Shown here: piece after piece, positions 24,801 to 39,100 of the stretch
How the letters are laid out: each line of letters begins with the position of its first letter
Numbering within the stretch: position 1 is the stretch's first letter
Source: Blasia pusilla
Lineage: Eukaryota
Assembly (NCBI GenBank): GCA_050084515.1
Contig: CM114271.1
Span: 23,870,001-23,934,000, forward strand
DNA length: 64,000 nt
Direction of reading: 5' to 3'
Notes under the pieces: model-generated
The model's database searches: none
Seen by the model: only the letters and a program-made list of their open reading frames with translations
Told to the model about the DNA's origin: nothing
Made by a program: the position numbers and the translations under genes

Positions 24801-27576
24801 AACAGTACACGTCAATTGGTTTGGCTGGTCCATCATACACACCATGGGAATTCAGAAAGTTAGTATTATTCACAAAATCAAGCATGAACAGCATTTGCTA
24901 AAAAATGATAAGGCAAACTCTGCACCATTGAAGGAAACATTAGCAGTAAAGAACAGAAAAGGTAAATTAAGGCTGGCGAATCCGTAGATGGTTTCCAGGA
25001 GCGAACCTTCAACGGGACGGGCTTGCAGCAAACTCTTGAGACTTTCGAGTCGCTTGGGACTAAAATGGCCCACAATCAGGTATTTTATGTTCCCCAAATC
25101 AACAGAGTCAGCCACAGCATTCGTGAAAGCTTCAGCAAAACCTTGATCCATCACATCAATGAGAGCAGTCCCGCTCGAACCCTTGATCAGGTAAGAGTTC
25201 TCGGTGGTACCACGTTTCAAGCCGTATTCTATCTGTATTAACAATGCAAACATTTAGTCCAAATTATGACTAGTAACTCCACAACAATCTTCAACATAAC
25301 AGTGCGAGGATTTCTCTTGAACCGACCAAAAAATTCAACCATACAAGCAAAACCTGTTGTGAAGAACATACTCAGCTCAAGAGAGAATTGTAATCACGAG
25401 ACATTTACCTCATATTTGAATCGGTCCTTAGTAATGCGTCCTCGGAGAGTAAAAGTATCTTCAGCAACTTTGAGGACCCCAACATCTGTCTCCTGTGGCA
25501 TTCATACATTCATCACTTCCAAATCTGATTACAAGAATCGTACTTCATTATGCTTCGTAACATATAAACTAGTTTCTGTTTAAATCCTCTAAACATCCAA
25601 ACTTAGGTTCTTCACCTGGACTTTTGATATCAGACTATGGTTAATGCACAGCTTCCTGAAGGGAGTAAACCATATCTTGCAAACTAGATTAACTTGGAGG
25701 TCCTCAAACGAAAACCCAGGGCCCAATACATACAGCAACCTTAGAGCTCTTTCTTTTTCCTAATTACTTAGAACGTTGAAGGACAAGAGACAGCCTCCTT
25801 GAGAAGGGATCCCTTGTCCGTTTCACGGGCGGTGTCATTAACAGTACTTATTTATTCAAAGACATCATGTGTAGGGAACTTTCGCGATATATTCAACAAA
25901 CTATTCAATGACTTCACATTTACACACCTTCTTGATGGGTACTGCAGAAACTGGTGGAGCACCAATCGAAACACTGTTTTGGTCCGCAACCGATGCGCGA
26001 ACCACACCAAGCTCTCTCCGGATCTTCTGCCAGCCATGAATCTCATCTGCCTAACGAAGGAAATCAATATGTCTAGTGAATGAGGGCACATAAGTTGTTG
26101 CTGATCCACGCAATTTTTCCACATGCAGTGTAATAGCAGCTGTGAGACAAACAACTACAAGACCTTACAAAGTTGCAGATGACTTCTGCAGGATTGCGCT
26201 GTGCCTGTGTAGGAGTTTAATGGTGAAACTCACAACACTAAGTGCATAATAACAGAGTACATGGCAGATCTGAAACAGTCGTGCGTTTGGAGAGAAGGCC
26301 TAGTCATGACTTTAACACAGTCGATTCCATAAAACAACACAAAAGCTACCGTTGCTGACGACAGTGAGAGCTAGCACGCCTGGGTGAACCAAAACGAGAA
26401 TCCGCTTATGGGGTTTCTCCCTGTACATTCCAACTCCAAATTAGGAGTGCGAGGAACATAGCCTTGCAGGTGACGAATTCGTCAATCTTAAGAGTTTACA
26501 CAAGGTGAGGAGTATGGATAGTCAGCCAAAGCCCACTCTTTCCTTTCTTCCTTTTCTCCATGCAGATGTGGCTCTAGCGAAAGTCAGAAGGAAATCAGCC
26601 TTGCAAAGACATCCCATTCCCTTTCACTAAGTTCGTTCCCCTTCTCTTCCAGTTTACAGATGAATGGTCAAAATTTGAACTTGAAGTGGATGCAGAGAGG
26701 ACAAAAGACGACACTTGAGTGCGCAGAGGGACTCGAAACAGCCAACCGAGATTAACTATTATTCCAAAATTTATGTCAGTGTTCATGGAAAAGGAAGATG
26801 TGCTCATTCATTAACCCATCCCACTGAGGATAGCCAAAGCAATCTGGACCCTCCATAAACCGTCCAAGTAAGTCAAAATGGTAGTACAAGAGGAGAATGC
26901 GGGCAATGCACGTAGAGAGGGCTCACTTATATGATAAGATTACTCGGGAAATTGGTTGCCTACCAATTCGAAATGGGAACATTCAAGAAATTCTTCAGCG
27001 CAATCCATCCACAATCTTCCAATTTCGCCAGAATTTCCATTTCTACGTGATAATTCACATTACTAGAGACAGTGAACTATCACACTCCATTTCTCCCCTT
27101 TATTAACAGGAGAATTCCCCGGAATTGTCTTTTCATATACTCAGAGCTGAACAGTCACGAACAGGTCATGGATGAGGGCCAATCAGGTGGAGATAGATAT
27201 CAGTCTAGCAGGGTTTTAATTAAGCGGCCACAGAAAGATGCGGCACCATCAATTCGTCACAATTCCTTGCTACCCGACTCGCAGCAACCAACGGATGTAA
27301 GAGACTAGATAGCACCCATAATCCCACTCTTCTTTAAGCGATCCTGAATGCGGAGAAGCCCTTCACGAGAGGTACCTTTAAGGTGCTCACTGCGACAGAC
27401 TTCAGACCAGACCAGTACGGCAATTGCAGCCTCTGATACGCTGCCGAGACACCGCAAGGGCGATTCACGAGCTCCTGACTTCTCACAACGCTGGACGGAG
27501 GAGCACAACCCACACAAGCACCCGTCATAGCTTGAGCGATGGGCATCGCAAGGGAGCCACAATTCGCAGTCGTCAT
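18879..27576 (-). CDS. FLVA: Chloroplast flavodiiron protein A (Flv1/FLVA type; metallo-beta-lactamase-like + flavodoxin + flavin reductase domains), 17 exons, ~741 aa
   Basis: Hand-spliced exons (minus strand): 27576-27376, 26050-25928, 25492-25409, 25232-25007, 24824-24693, 24392-24290, 23838-23733, 23518-23432, 23083-22913, 22617-22520, 22085-21938, 21620-21459, 21290-21162, 20820-20698, 20094-19906, 19275-19186, 18932-18879. Total 2226 nt with consistent phases. Motifs: EYGLKRGTTENSYLI, YASAYGNT, GSPTLGGH, FGSFGWSGEA, ASWVSQASF, GDHW, TAVHYRKTGARY*. Non-canonical ligand motifs HFSPKR and TPTPRWPD (versus HTEPDH/HWPD) mark the Flv1/FLVA clade. The N-terminus is transit-peptide-like (VVRAS). 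Confidence 0.93.
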
Positions 27577-29590
27577 CGCATCTTCTAATCTCTACCTCCC
27601 GCTAGCAGCGCAACCTCAAGAGAGCTCCTTCTCCATCCACACATCAGCTTCTTCCTTCCTACAATCAGGCACTACGTCAACCCTCTCCTCGCGTAGATTC
27701 TGAAGTGCCCAACCCCTCCTCGATCCGTCCGTTCAGCTGCTTCTGCCCGTGCATCCTCTCAAAGGGAATCGCACCACATCCCCCCTCGTGCGCCCATCGA
27801 AGGAAACGCGCCTGGCAGAGCAGGGGGGAAGCCAGTGGACCCGCGGGGACCCGCCATGGATCTGTGCGCTAAACGCTGGTCCTCCTATCCTACACTCCCT
27901 CTATCCTCATCGGTTTGCTGACGATTTCTTCCTTTCACCGGACGATCACGTCTGATTCGGTAGCCCCTCCAACGCATCATTCTTTCTCCACTTACCTCGA
28001 GGCTTTCGCGGTGATTAATCTCGTGCTCCGTTTCCTTCCTCCGATTTTCCGAGTGTCATCTTCTCACTCGATCCCGATGTCACTAAGCTCCGCGACTGGT
28101 CCAATGGCGGAGCCCCAAATAATATCCCAAATTCGCTGCTATCCGAGATCGCCATGTTTGTACATGAGTACGCCCTCGACAAGTAGTGCGAGTGAACGCG
28201 TTCATAAATCACGCTTCTACCGTATGCAAAGGTGGCCATGCGCATGGCCTCCACGTTCCATTTTGAAACCGGAGAAGTTGTGGTTAAAGTTTTTTGAATA
28301 TTGTCCACTGCATGAAGTTCACCTTCAATTTTCCAAACCGGAGGAGGGTACTTTTTTCAGAGAAAGAATCTATTTGGTAGGAAAATATGTGTTAATCAAT
28401 TTCCTCCGCTTTTTTATGTAAGTAAAATCTTACACCAAACTTTGTAGTGTTTTTTCTTGGGAAATTCTAGTACAGTTTCCATTGGGGAACAGTCATTCCG
28501 ATTTTTGAACGGGTTTTCAGATACTTTATACAAAGAAGTTACACAAATCTAGGAACTTCAAAATAAATCGGAAATTCTCAACTGGATAACTTTACTCATA
28601 ACTCCGGATCTCCACGATCATTGCGCCAAACAAGGAAAATCAATAATATCCCATTAGAAATGGAATGCAAAAAAACAGTGGAAATGAGCCAACACAAAAA
28701 AATGATTGAAGTGAAGGAGCCACAACACTAGTGGTTTGTTGGATGTGAATGGTTTACGAGAGAAGCATCCACCCGCCACTTTGGCTTGACATATCGACGC
28801 CGATGCTTACGAACATTGTAATGTCATCAAGATGCATTGTCGATCATACGTAGTGCCAATGGAAAGATTACTTTGGGAAGGAAAGAGTTGATAAGTCTCG
28901 AGGTCATAATAAGCATATGTTTTGAGGAAAATAACAAAAGACCCATGCAAGTACACAAAAACTTCCAACGCAAAAGGGATGAAGCCATCGGTTGCATGTC
29001 TCACCGCATAACTTAACCCATTGATTCTTGTTGATACCATAAGCATCCATACATGCAACTTAACACACCAAGTCAGAATTTGTAGGATTGGTAAGCATCA
29101 CATTACTCGTTAGACAAAAGAAAACTAGGGACATAACTAGGTCAACTCATCGACAAGGGGTTGCTTGCATAGTAGAAGGTAGGATATGTAATTTCTCATG
29201 CCTAGCGATCGATGAAACTTGAAATAGGAGCCATTGATTTTATTGCTTCTTTAAGCACGTGACAGATTATTGTTCATTCTCCACCATATATATGCACTTC
29301 AAAAAATATGGATATCATTTGCAACAATGGGCTTCCCATGCACACAATTAGGAAGTCTGAGCCATAAATACAATGTTGTCAAGAATATACCTCACGGAAA
29401 AAAAAAAGGGGAGAATAAGATGATTTGTAGTGAGCCATGCCCTTGCTCCTACACAAGCACGTGAATGCAAACAAGCTTAATGAATGTCAAAGGTTGCCTT
29501 AATGAGAATTCTAGAAAGTTCATTTGGTGCAAATTCTCAAAAAGAACCTCTTTATGTCAATCACTTTCTTCTATAACCAACTAATAGAAA

Positions 29591-29872
29591 TGTGGAAAAC
29601 TGCTAAATAAGCATAATTGGTGGGAAACGACTCTTACACTCACACACCACCATGGAGAACGAAATTTGCAATGAGAGAATGAGTTGATGAGTATGTACAA
29701 GCAACCCTAACCTTAACCATAGTCTCGAGTTAGACTAATTGTGATTAACTAACCCTAGTTAAGATAATCGTGCTTACCTAACTAACCAAGATTAAGCTTC
29801 CCAACTTCGTGTGAGTACCAAATGTAGCAGTTCAAATGTCTCATGAGTTTGATTGTAACTCTATCTTCAATA
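29591..29872 (-). repeat. Copia 3' LTR (about 120 bp shorter than the 5' LTR)
   Basis: Matches 35558-35961 apart from an internal deletion. Confidence 0.9.
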
Positions 29873-29879
29873 CTCCCCC

Positions 29880-32800
29880 TCAAGCTCATATTGATATCTC
29901 TAACGCCTAAATCATTTCTAAACATCTCGAACTTATCTCTAGACAATGCCTTTGTAAAGATGTCAGTAATTTGTTGATCTCTACCTATATACACAAGATC
30001 AATTTCTCCTGCAAGCACTTTCTCTGTGATAAAATGATAGTGCACCTGAACATGCTTTGTACGAGCATGAAACACAGAGTTATTAGCAAGTTTGATGATA
30101 CTAATATTATCTACATATATTACACTAGGTCCTAAGTTACTAACACCAATCTCAACAAGTAATCGATGAAGCCACACCGCCTCACATGTTGAATTGGTTG
30201 CTCCTCTGTACTCACCCTCAATTGAAGATAAAGCAACTGTAGGTTTCTTCTTTGAAGCCCAACTTATAACTGCACTTCCCAAAGTAAGTGAATAACCAGA
30301 TGTGGCGTGTTGATCAGACACGCTTCCTGCCCAATCAGCATTTGTGAATCCATGTAATTAAAAACTCGGAGAAGGTTCAAATTGAAGCCCGAATTGAATA
30401 GAGAATTTCACATATCGCATAATCCTCCTCATAGCATCAAGGTGAGGTTTTTGAGGTGCTTGCATAAATTGGCTGACTAGGCCAACAACATAGCTCAAAT
30501 TTGGTCTGGTTATAGTTAGATAGATTATCTTCCAACCATGCGGATATACATATTAGAATCTGCAAGTAACTCTCCTTCATCCACTCTTAGCTTCACACTC
30601 TGGTCCAATAGTGTAGAGATTGGCTTACAAGCCGTCATACCATATTTTGAAAGCATATGAAGAGCATATTGTCATTGTAGTAACCACATGCTCTCTCTAA
30701 CCTTGATAAACTCAATACCAAGGAAGTACTTGAGTTCTCCCAAGTCCTTCATATTAAATTATGCTTGGAACTTAAGCTTGACTTGTTGTATCATTTCTTC
30801 AGTACTCCAAGTAATCAGGAGATCGTCAACATACAACACAATGAGAACCATATGATCTTGTCCTCTCAAGACATATAACGAGGAGTCAGAATCACATACC
30901 CTAAAACCCAACTCTTGTAGGACGTATATAATCTTGCCATACCAAGCTCTTGGAGCTTCTTTGAGTCCGTATAGAGCTTTCTTCAACCTGCATACGCGAA
31001 ATGGAAACTTGGAATGCTCGTATCCAGGTGGTTAAGTCATATATACTTCCTCGTATAGATCTCCATTCAAGAAGGCATTCTTGACGTCCATGTCATGTAA
31101 TCTCCACTTCTTACTTACTACAACTGTAACCACTGTTCTCGTAGTCGCTATCTTTGCAACAAGGCTAAATATTTCCTCATAATCAATGCCATATTGTTGT
31201 GCATAGCCCTGTATATGTTAATTATACCATCTTGATTGCACTTGATTTTGTAAACCCATTTGCAACCAATAGGTTCATTACCGAAAGGTATATCAACCAA
31301 CTCCCATGTTTGTTGATGTCTTAATGCACCAAGCTCTTCCTCCATAGCTTCAATCCATTTGACTTTACTTGCAGCTTCTTCAAAATAACTCGGCTCCTGT
31401 TCTTGAAGGATAGTCATCATATATGCACATGTGTCGCAAGGAAACCTTCATTTATAAATCTATGAACTGGATGTGTAACTCTACTTGATCTATGAAGTTG
31501 TTGTTTAGAGGTAGATGCCTCTTACCTGACTCGAGCTCTAACTAGTGTTAATTGATTGAATACGTACTCTTCTCGTCCATGGACTCACAGATTTAATTGA
31601 TGAATCTAGGACCTCTCCTAATCCTGCACTAGTACTTGGGGAAGTTGAAGACAATGTCTGTTGGTTTGTAGTCACATTCTCCCCTCAACAGACAAGTTTA
31701 GAGGTGGAATAGGCTCAGATGGAGCATACATGACTTTAGTTCATCAAAGACGACATCGCGACTAATAATAAGTTGCCTAGAGGATGGAATGTAGCACTTA
31801 TACCCCTTAGTTCCATCAGCATAGCCAATGAAGATATATCTTTCAGACTGGGGGTCTAATTTTTTACGTCTCTTAGAAGGAACATGAGCATAACAAATAC
31901 TGCCAAATACTTTCAAGAAGGAAAAATCAGGTTTACTTTCTATGAAGACTTCGGATGGAGTTTTATCATGAACTCTTGCTATTGGAGTTTGGTTGATTAA
32001 GAAGACTACACATGTTGGAGCCTCTGCCCAATACACCTTAGGCATGTCCTTCTCATTAGCATAGCTCCTGCCGCTTCAGCAATATATCGATTCTCCCTCT
32101 CAACCACTCCATTTTATTGTGGAGTGTAACGACAAGTCACTTTGACGTTGGATGCTCGTCTGACGTAAATAGTCATCAAACTTTGTTGAAAGATACCCTC
32201 CTCCTCCATCACAACGCAATTTCAAAATATGTTCTTTAGTCTACTTCTCTACTAGAAATCTAAATGTTTGGAACATTGAGAATATCTCTGACTTAGCTTT
32301 CAGAAAGTATACCCACATATATCTAGAGAAGTCATCAATAAATGAAACAAAATATTGGCAACCACTAAGGCTATGTTGTGATGTTATCCATACATCACTG
32401 TGGATCAACTCTAATATCGTGGATGGTCTTCTACCTTGCTTTGGAAAAAGAAATCTACCTTGTTTTCCAAATTGGCAAGCAAGACATACCTCTAACGTAG
32501 CAGAACTCGCTAATTTAGGGAGTCTAATTATTATATTAGAAGATGAAAGACTTTGTAATCTTGAAGATTCATATGTCCAATTCTTTTATTCCACACATTT
32601 AGATTTATGACTTGTTGGCCGGTTTGACCATACATTGTTGTTTGAATCTCTGGCGTAGAAACATCTAATTTGAACATTCTGCTAGATCTAGTTTCTTTGG
32701 CTATCATAGTCTGGTCATCCGTTGTTTCAATGAAACAACCATACGCATTAAACTTCACTTGATAACCTTGTTCTACAATTTGTCCTATAGAGATCAGGTT

Positions 32801-35042
32801 TCTTGCAATAGTAGGAACGTAGAACATTTTCAAGAGCACAAAGACCCTATGATGCTATTGGAACTTTATCGGTATGCGTGATATGATGTTGAGTGTCATC
32901 TCCTATGAGCACAATAACATGATCTTTTTCGACTCCAAACTACTGAAATATTTAGCTTGTGAGGTCATGTGATTTGATGCACCAGAGTCAATGTGCCAAT
33001 TTTCTCTCGAGTCTTTCTTAACCATTGTTCCCATATGATGAGTCATGACCAAGAGATGCTCTGTTTGTGATTGTTGTTATTCTCGGTACTGCTCTAGGTA
33101 TTGTTGCTCCACATAGTTTTGTCGCTATAAGGCTCCTATTTCGCGACCCTCATAACCAAACAACACCAAATAGGCGCCAATCGGAACATCAGAACTCAAA
33201 TGGACTCACGCTGCGATGTTTGCGCTTTGGAGAGGCGTTTGGTAAGGTCTCTTGGAAAAGTCCTAGAGACGAAAAGCGGAACAGAGTTGTGCGTTTTGTG
33301 TGTTAGTGGTCGCGACCAAGAAACTTAGACCAAACGCGAGCCAAGACTTGAGATGAGTTGAGTCTTGGAAGGTTGGTTGCCAAGGAGGTGAGAATCGGTT
33401 TTGGAACACGACTAGCCTTTGGGGAATTTGACTGTGTTTTGGACCATAATGTTTAGCTCTTAGATGCATTTGAGACAAATAAGGGCGCTTATCTTGAGAC
33501 GCTTCCAACGCACCAAAGATCTTAGCAAATGCATAAGTACAGACTAAGATATTGGCCAAAAACTATTGTGAGAGCAATCGGGTTGAGGGCCAATTGGAGA
33601 GGCCCAGGTGTCTCTCCCTAAAGGTAGGGGGACCCCGGAGATCCCCAGAAGTATTAGTAAGGGAAGAGTCTCTCCAAGATGTCTTGGGACACGAATCCCC
33701 ACTTTGAGCGCCAAACGGCGTCTCAGAGGCACGGAATGGAACGGGAGTAGTTTGGCGTTGGAACTCGAAACCCAAACCTGATCCAAGGAAGTGGACTTTG
33801 TACGCCACAATTGGATTCCAACCCAAGACTCACTTTGTGCGAGTCTCGGTTAGGGACTCATTGGATGTCCATGGGACAGTTGGAATTGCCAGGCGCGAAA
33901 CGCCCTTTGAGGTTTATGAACCGACCAGAAAGTCTGTCCCAAGTCTTTCGAGACTTGCCCGTGTTGTAAACTACAAAACTAGGAAGGGTGAGCCTGTTGA
34001 GAGACCGACACGAGAACTCAGAAAGTTAGCCTGCTGATTGATCCAAGACCCGACTAACCAAAGTGCGTGTTTGGATGTAGATCAATGTTGAGAGCGTGAC
34101 CTACTAAACGCACACTTCCGCAACAACAAGATTAACGTTCAAAGAGAGTAGGCCCACGACACTTATTCTCATATTTGCCTTCTTCTTGAAGCAAAACTTT
34201 GCATAGTTATCCTTTATCCCATAGTAATTGCAAGATCCAGGGACCCTCTACTGTTGACCTCCATCCCAACGGTTTCCACCATCACCACCTTGTGATTATG
34301 TCTGATACTGGTTCGTAGTTGATTGAGTGATATTATATTGAGTGCCTCTTCCTCCATATGCTTGATATCCACCACGATCACAGAAGCTTCTGCCACGATC
34401 ATTGCCTCTGTTTGATCCATAACTTGCAAATATCGCACTCTCTTGCACACTAGACGAGCTACCGCTGCGTACTACGCGCATCTCTTCACTGATTAACAAT
34501 GGGACTAACTCTTGAAAAGTTGGATATTTCTCTCTCAGAGAAATAGAGGTCTCAAAGGACTTGTAATTCTTTGGAGGGCCTTAAAGAGTGAACAAAATCA
34601 AATCATCATCTTCTAATGTCATTCCAATGCTATTCAACTAATCAACAATATGTCTGGTACTCAAAATATAATCATTGATGCTCTACGATCCTTTCCTCAC
34701 TTCGTTCAATTGTTGTTTCAATTGAAGCTTTTTGGCCTTTGTAGATGTCTGGAACAACTTTTTCAATGCATCCCATGCCTCCTTCGGAATACCAACATCT
34801 TGAATGTGACCTATCATTGGCGAACTAATCGTTATTGAAATATAGTGGATTACTTGCCATGCACGTTTGTTCCAGGCAAGAACATTCAAGTCTGTTGAGT
34901 CACCTTCTGGCTTAGCCTCATCACTTGTGACAAGCTCCCACATTTCTTGACCCAATAGAAATTATTTCATGCAAAACTTCTAGACATTATAATTCTGCTT
35001 ATCTAGCTTCTCGTTTGTGATTGTTGTTGAGGAATACTCCAT
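29880..35042 (-). pseudogene. Copia gag-pol polyprotein, disrupted by stops, frameshifts and a solo LTR
   Basis: ORF fragments 34683-34955 (gag), 32531-32839, 31698-32045 (integrase), 31148-31420 and 30759-30986 (RT), 29782-30321 (RNase H). Confidence 0.92.
33139..34161 (+). mobile_element. Solo LTR (~1.0 kb) of a second, conventional Gypsy family, inserted in the Copia
   Basis: Homologous end to end with the LTR at 36901-37889 and ends CCCACGACA. Flanks ccta(t)/ctta(t) resemble a TSD with one mismatch. Confidence 0.88.
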
Positions 35043-35557
35043 GACAAACAATTTCACTCACAAAAATATAATTTCAGGCTCTCTACTACTCTAATTGAAG
35101 CATAGACCACTCCTACAAATAAGTTGACCCGAAATTTTCCAAAATTGATCAACTGTATGAGAGAACTAGTCAAAATTGGCTTGTATAGAGCAAACTGCTT
35201 TACTTTTCTTTACAAATTGCACTTTCCTACACTGAAATTGCTACTGCAGGAGCTCAGAATATCAAAATTGAGCGATTTTGGATGCGTTGGAAAGCTCTCA
35301 TTAAGCTCTTAAAGATAATGGGAGAAAATTTTGGAATTATTCTAGCTGCTGCATACCCAGATGGCTAAATCCACCGGGAAAGTCCTAAAAAACACCTCTA
35401 AAGTTTTATCACCGTCAAAGCTCCACCTAAAATCTGCACCGACTGAGCTCTGAACAAAATTTCCTTCTCCCAAACTGAAATTGTGCCTTCTCTTGCCTCT
35501 CTTCTCTCCTTAAACACCAAGAATTTCAAGTGATGTTCTCCTATCGCTTTGATACAA

Positions 35558-35961
35558 TGTGGAAAACTGCTAAAGAAGCATAAATGGTGGGAAACGACTC
35601 TCACACTCATACACCACCATGGAGAACGAAATTTGCAATGAGAGAATGAGTATCGAAAACCCGAAATCAAAGAACCAAGCTTCGCAAGGTTCTGGCATCT
35701 AAAAGTTTACAGTGTTTCTTCATGATGAGTTAAGAATCGAAGGCGAAAGGAGGCTGATCCCCTTCTCAATTATATAGGGTATGTACGAGCAACCCTAACC
35801 CTAACCTTAATCATAGTATCGAGTTAGACTAACTATGACTAATTAACCCAAGTTAATATATTCGCGCTTAACTGACTAGATTAAGCTTCCCTACTTCGTG
35901 TGAGTATCAAATGTAGCAATTTAGGTGTCTCATGAGCTTGACCGTAACTCAATCTTCAATA
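35558..35961 (-). repeat. Copia 5' LTR
   Basis: Adjacent to the PBS; contains a TATATAA-like box on the minus strand near 35770. Confidence 0.9.
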
Positions 35962-36900
35962 AGAAAGGGGGTAAATTTTCTTGTACAACAAGTGGAAGAA
36001 TAGCTCATATAAATCTCAAATATTCTTGGAATAATAGATCTCTCCCCTTTACATGAGCCAAATAATCCATTAAGATAGGTGTATCTCCTTAAAAAAACCT
36101 TCTAGTTACAATAAGGATGGCTAAAGCCCAACTCACAAAAAAGTTCTAAATCCAATCACCATTGTGGAGGAAACCCCCACATCTCGAGAAGAACTCGTCA
36201 AGATACCTGCCACATCTTTTAGGATAGATCTAGTAGAGTGCCTTCGGAGGTACATGAGGACACCCTCAAGAGGTCGAGGATGACCTGCTGAGGCCATGGG
36301 TAACCTGAGAGAGCAGATTTTCCCTTCGTTTTGGCTCATTTGGAGCCATATTGAGGAACTTATTATTTTGGATAAGTTACCGTTTGAGATATAGTTGACT
36401 TTCCACTTTTAAAAGTGGCCCTTGATCCGCTACAACAGGTCAAGAGCCAAGGAGGTGACCTGAAAGCATAGGTTACCGTGGAGAGGGCTTGGACGAGGGA
36501 AGGGGGTATACCTCCAAGAGAGAAAGAGAGAGCTTGAGAGCGCATTCTCTCTTTGTTGAACCTCTTGGCATGAGGCGGCGGAGCTATAGTGCTCCTTGTC
36601 TTGTGTGTGTAACCCAAGCCTCTCATTAGGAGAGTGGGTTTGGTTTGACATGAGAGAGAGTGCACACCTTGGAGTGCTTGGTGTGACATGTTGAGAGAGA
36701 TGTGATTGATATACAAAGAGAGAATGATGGAGTGAGAAAGCTTCAATAGAGGAGCTCGCTGGTCACTCGCTTTTGGTGCAGGTTGGAGGTTGTGTTCCTT
36801 GTTCAGCAAGCAAGAGCCGCTCTGTTTTTTATTTTATTAAGCGATTTTTTGTGTGGGAGAGTGGTATGCAGAAGCGCTGCCAAAATTTGGTTAGAAATTG

Positions 36901-39100
36901 TGTCGCGACCCTCATAACCAAACGAGCGCCAAGCGGAACATCCGAACTCTAGTGGGCTCACACAAGGATGGTTTGCGCTTTGGAGTAAGAGAAACACAAG
37001 GGCGAGATGCGAGCGCGGCGAGAGTTTCAAGTGTTTCATGCATTTATGGTTGCGACTAAGGAAATCGGAACCAAATGCAGAACCCAGACTTAAGAGAGGT
37101 CGAGTCTTCGAAGGAGACGTGGCCAAGGGGTGAGAACCGAACTTGGGACGCAACTAGCGTTTAGAGTTTCTGAATATACTTTTGATCATAAATTTAAGTC
37201 CTAAGATGAGTGTGGGACAAGTAAGATAGCATTGGAAAGCTTATGTAGAGCCGATTCCTACGCATCAAAAATCTTGGAAAATGCTTGAGCAGAAGCCGAG
37301 ATATGGACCAAAACTGACTATACAAAGAGTCGGATTAAGGGCCCAAAAGAGGGGCCCGGGCGCCCTTTCCCAAAGGTAGGGGGACCCCGGGAATCCCTAG
37401 AAGTACTAGTAAGGGGAAAGGTCTTCAAGGGTGCTTGGGACTCGAACCCCACTTTGGGCGCCGCGGGGCAACTCAAGGGCACGGAATGGATCGGGAGTTT
37501 TGGCGTTGGGATTCCAAGCCCGAACCAAGTCCTATAGAGTTGGATCCCAACTTGTGACTCATACTGTTGAGTCTTGGTTGGGGGCTCATGCGAGGTCCAT
37601 TGGAGAGTTGGGACCGCTAGGCCCGCAAACGCCGTTTTAGGGTGCCTAGACTAACCATAAAGTTTGTTCCAAGTCTTAGAAGACTTGCCCATCTTGGGAA
37701 CCTAAGAATGAGGGAAGGTTGAGCTTGATGAGGTGCCGAGTCAAGGACTCCGTGGTTTGGAAGGCTGCTTGACCCAAACCCAACTAATGTGAGTGCGCTT
37801 GGATGCAGGTTGGCGATGAGAGCGTGTCCTACTGAACGTACGCTTCCGCAACATTAAGATTGACGTTCAAGGAGAGTAGGCGCACGACATGTGGTATCTG
37901 AGCTAATGCTTGGTGAGCGAGAACTTAGGGTCGTGGGAAGCAATTGGACACTTGGGGAAAACCCAAGGTAGCGGCGAGGCCCCGATGCTCGAGCAGGGAT
38001 GCAAGAAACAAGGAGGAGATCTGAGTGTGGCGGCTTGAAGATGTCCACCAAGGGAGATGAACCATGGAAACGCCGAATCAAGCGATGCAAACTGAGAGAT
38101 GAACCGATGCCGGATCGGGAGCCGGAGCCGGAGGAGGAGACACCGGCTCCCAAGGTGCCAAACACCAGACATGAGGGTGTTCCGAACACAGACCCTCGCG
38201 CGCGGCCAATGGCTCCAAACTCAAGTGAACCGGAATTCTATGCCCAACTAATGGAATATATGAAAATGATGACCGAGCAAGTGTTCTTGCAAAGCAAGCG
38301 GATTGCGAAGCTCGAGTCGGACCGAGCTTCAAGTTACGGAAAAAGCTCTGCAAGACAAACCTACCCACGCCATTCCCTGGGTGTTCTCGCAATGTGAAAG
38401 ATTTCCTTACGGAGATGGAATACTACTTCGAGGCGCAGAGGGTGGCGAAGTAGGATAAGGTGGCACTGGCGGTCACCTTTCTAAAAGATCATGCGCTACA
38501 GCGATGGACAGCTCTACGAGAAGAACATCTGGCCGGTGGTTCACCTTTGAGTTGGGTGGAGTTAGGACGTTGATTGGTGACCGATTCACCTCAGAGTACC
38601 CAGAGATCCGCAATAGGGTAGAGCTCGTAGGACTCAGGCAGACTGGGTCCCTTGGCGCTTACGTGAGGGAGTTTAGCGTGAAGTTGAACTCCATTCCTAA
38701 GATATATGAGGCATCTCAGATAGCAATCTTCATCGGTGGACTCAAAGTGAGTGAGGAGAAGGCACCGTACAGAATGTCGGAGTTTCCGAACACCTGCGTG
38801 GAGCTTTTGAGGCTAGCGGAGTGGATTGGGGACAATGAGGTCCAAACACCGAAGCCCTTTGAGACAAATTTTTTTTCCAAGAGTTTGTAAAACAAAGGGG
38901 CATCCAAGAGAGTCTAGAGTGGGGTTGAGCGGGATCAAGGAGAGCCACTCAACCCGATGGTAAAGCGACAAGAATGCCATGCTAAGCCAAACGGAGCGCA
39001 GCATCTGAAATCAGGAAATGGCAAGGTGGTATACTACAACTGTGGCAAACTTGGGCAGATGGAAAACTTTCCGAGTTCACTCAAGAACCGGTTGTCATAC
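36901..39100 (+). mobile_element. 5' remnant of a conventional Ty3/Gypsy element (LTR, PBS, gag) inserted in the copy B leader
   Basis: LTR TGTCGCGACC...GGCGCACGACA at 36901-37889. PBS tggtatctgagc (tRNA-iMet-like) at 37892-37903. Gag fragments (EYYFEAQ..DKVALAVTFLKDHAL; LRQTGSLGAYVREF) and a broken zinc knuckle near 39030. Right boundary approximate. Confidence 0.85.

Larger units (their letters stand above)
29591..35961 (-). mobile_element. Ty1/Copia LTR retrotransposon, full length, decayed
   Basis: LTRs at 35558-35961 and 29591-29872. TSD AGAAA at 29586-29590 and 35962-35966. Degenerate tRNA-iMet PBS at 35546-35557 and PPT at 29873-29882. Order is gag-PR(WHIDSGASNHM)-INT-RT(KKALYGLK, LYVDD)-RH(HARTKH). 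Confidence 0.95.

Noticed and set aside
27749-28421. Divergent ORFs upstream of FLVA (27915-28421 +, 28015-28308 -)
   Set aside because: No recognisable protein features; more likely promoter or intergenic DNA.
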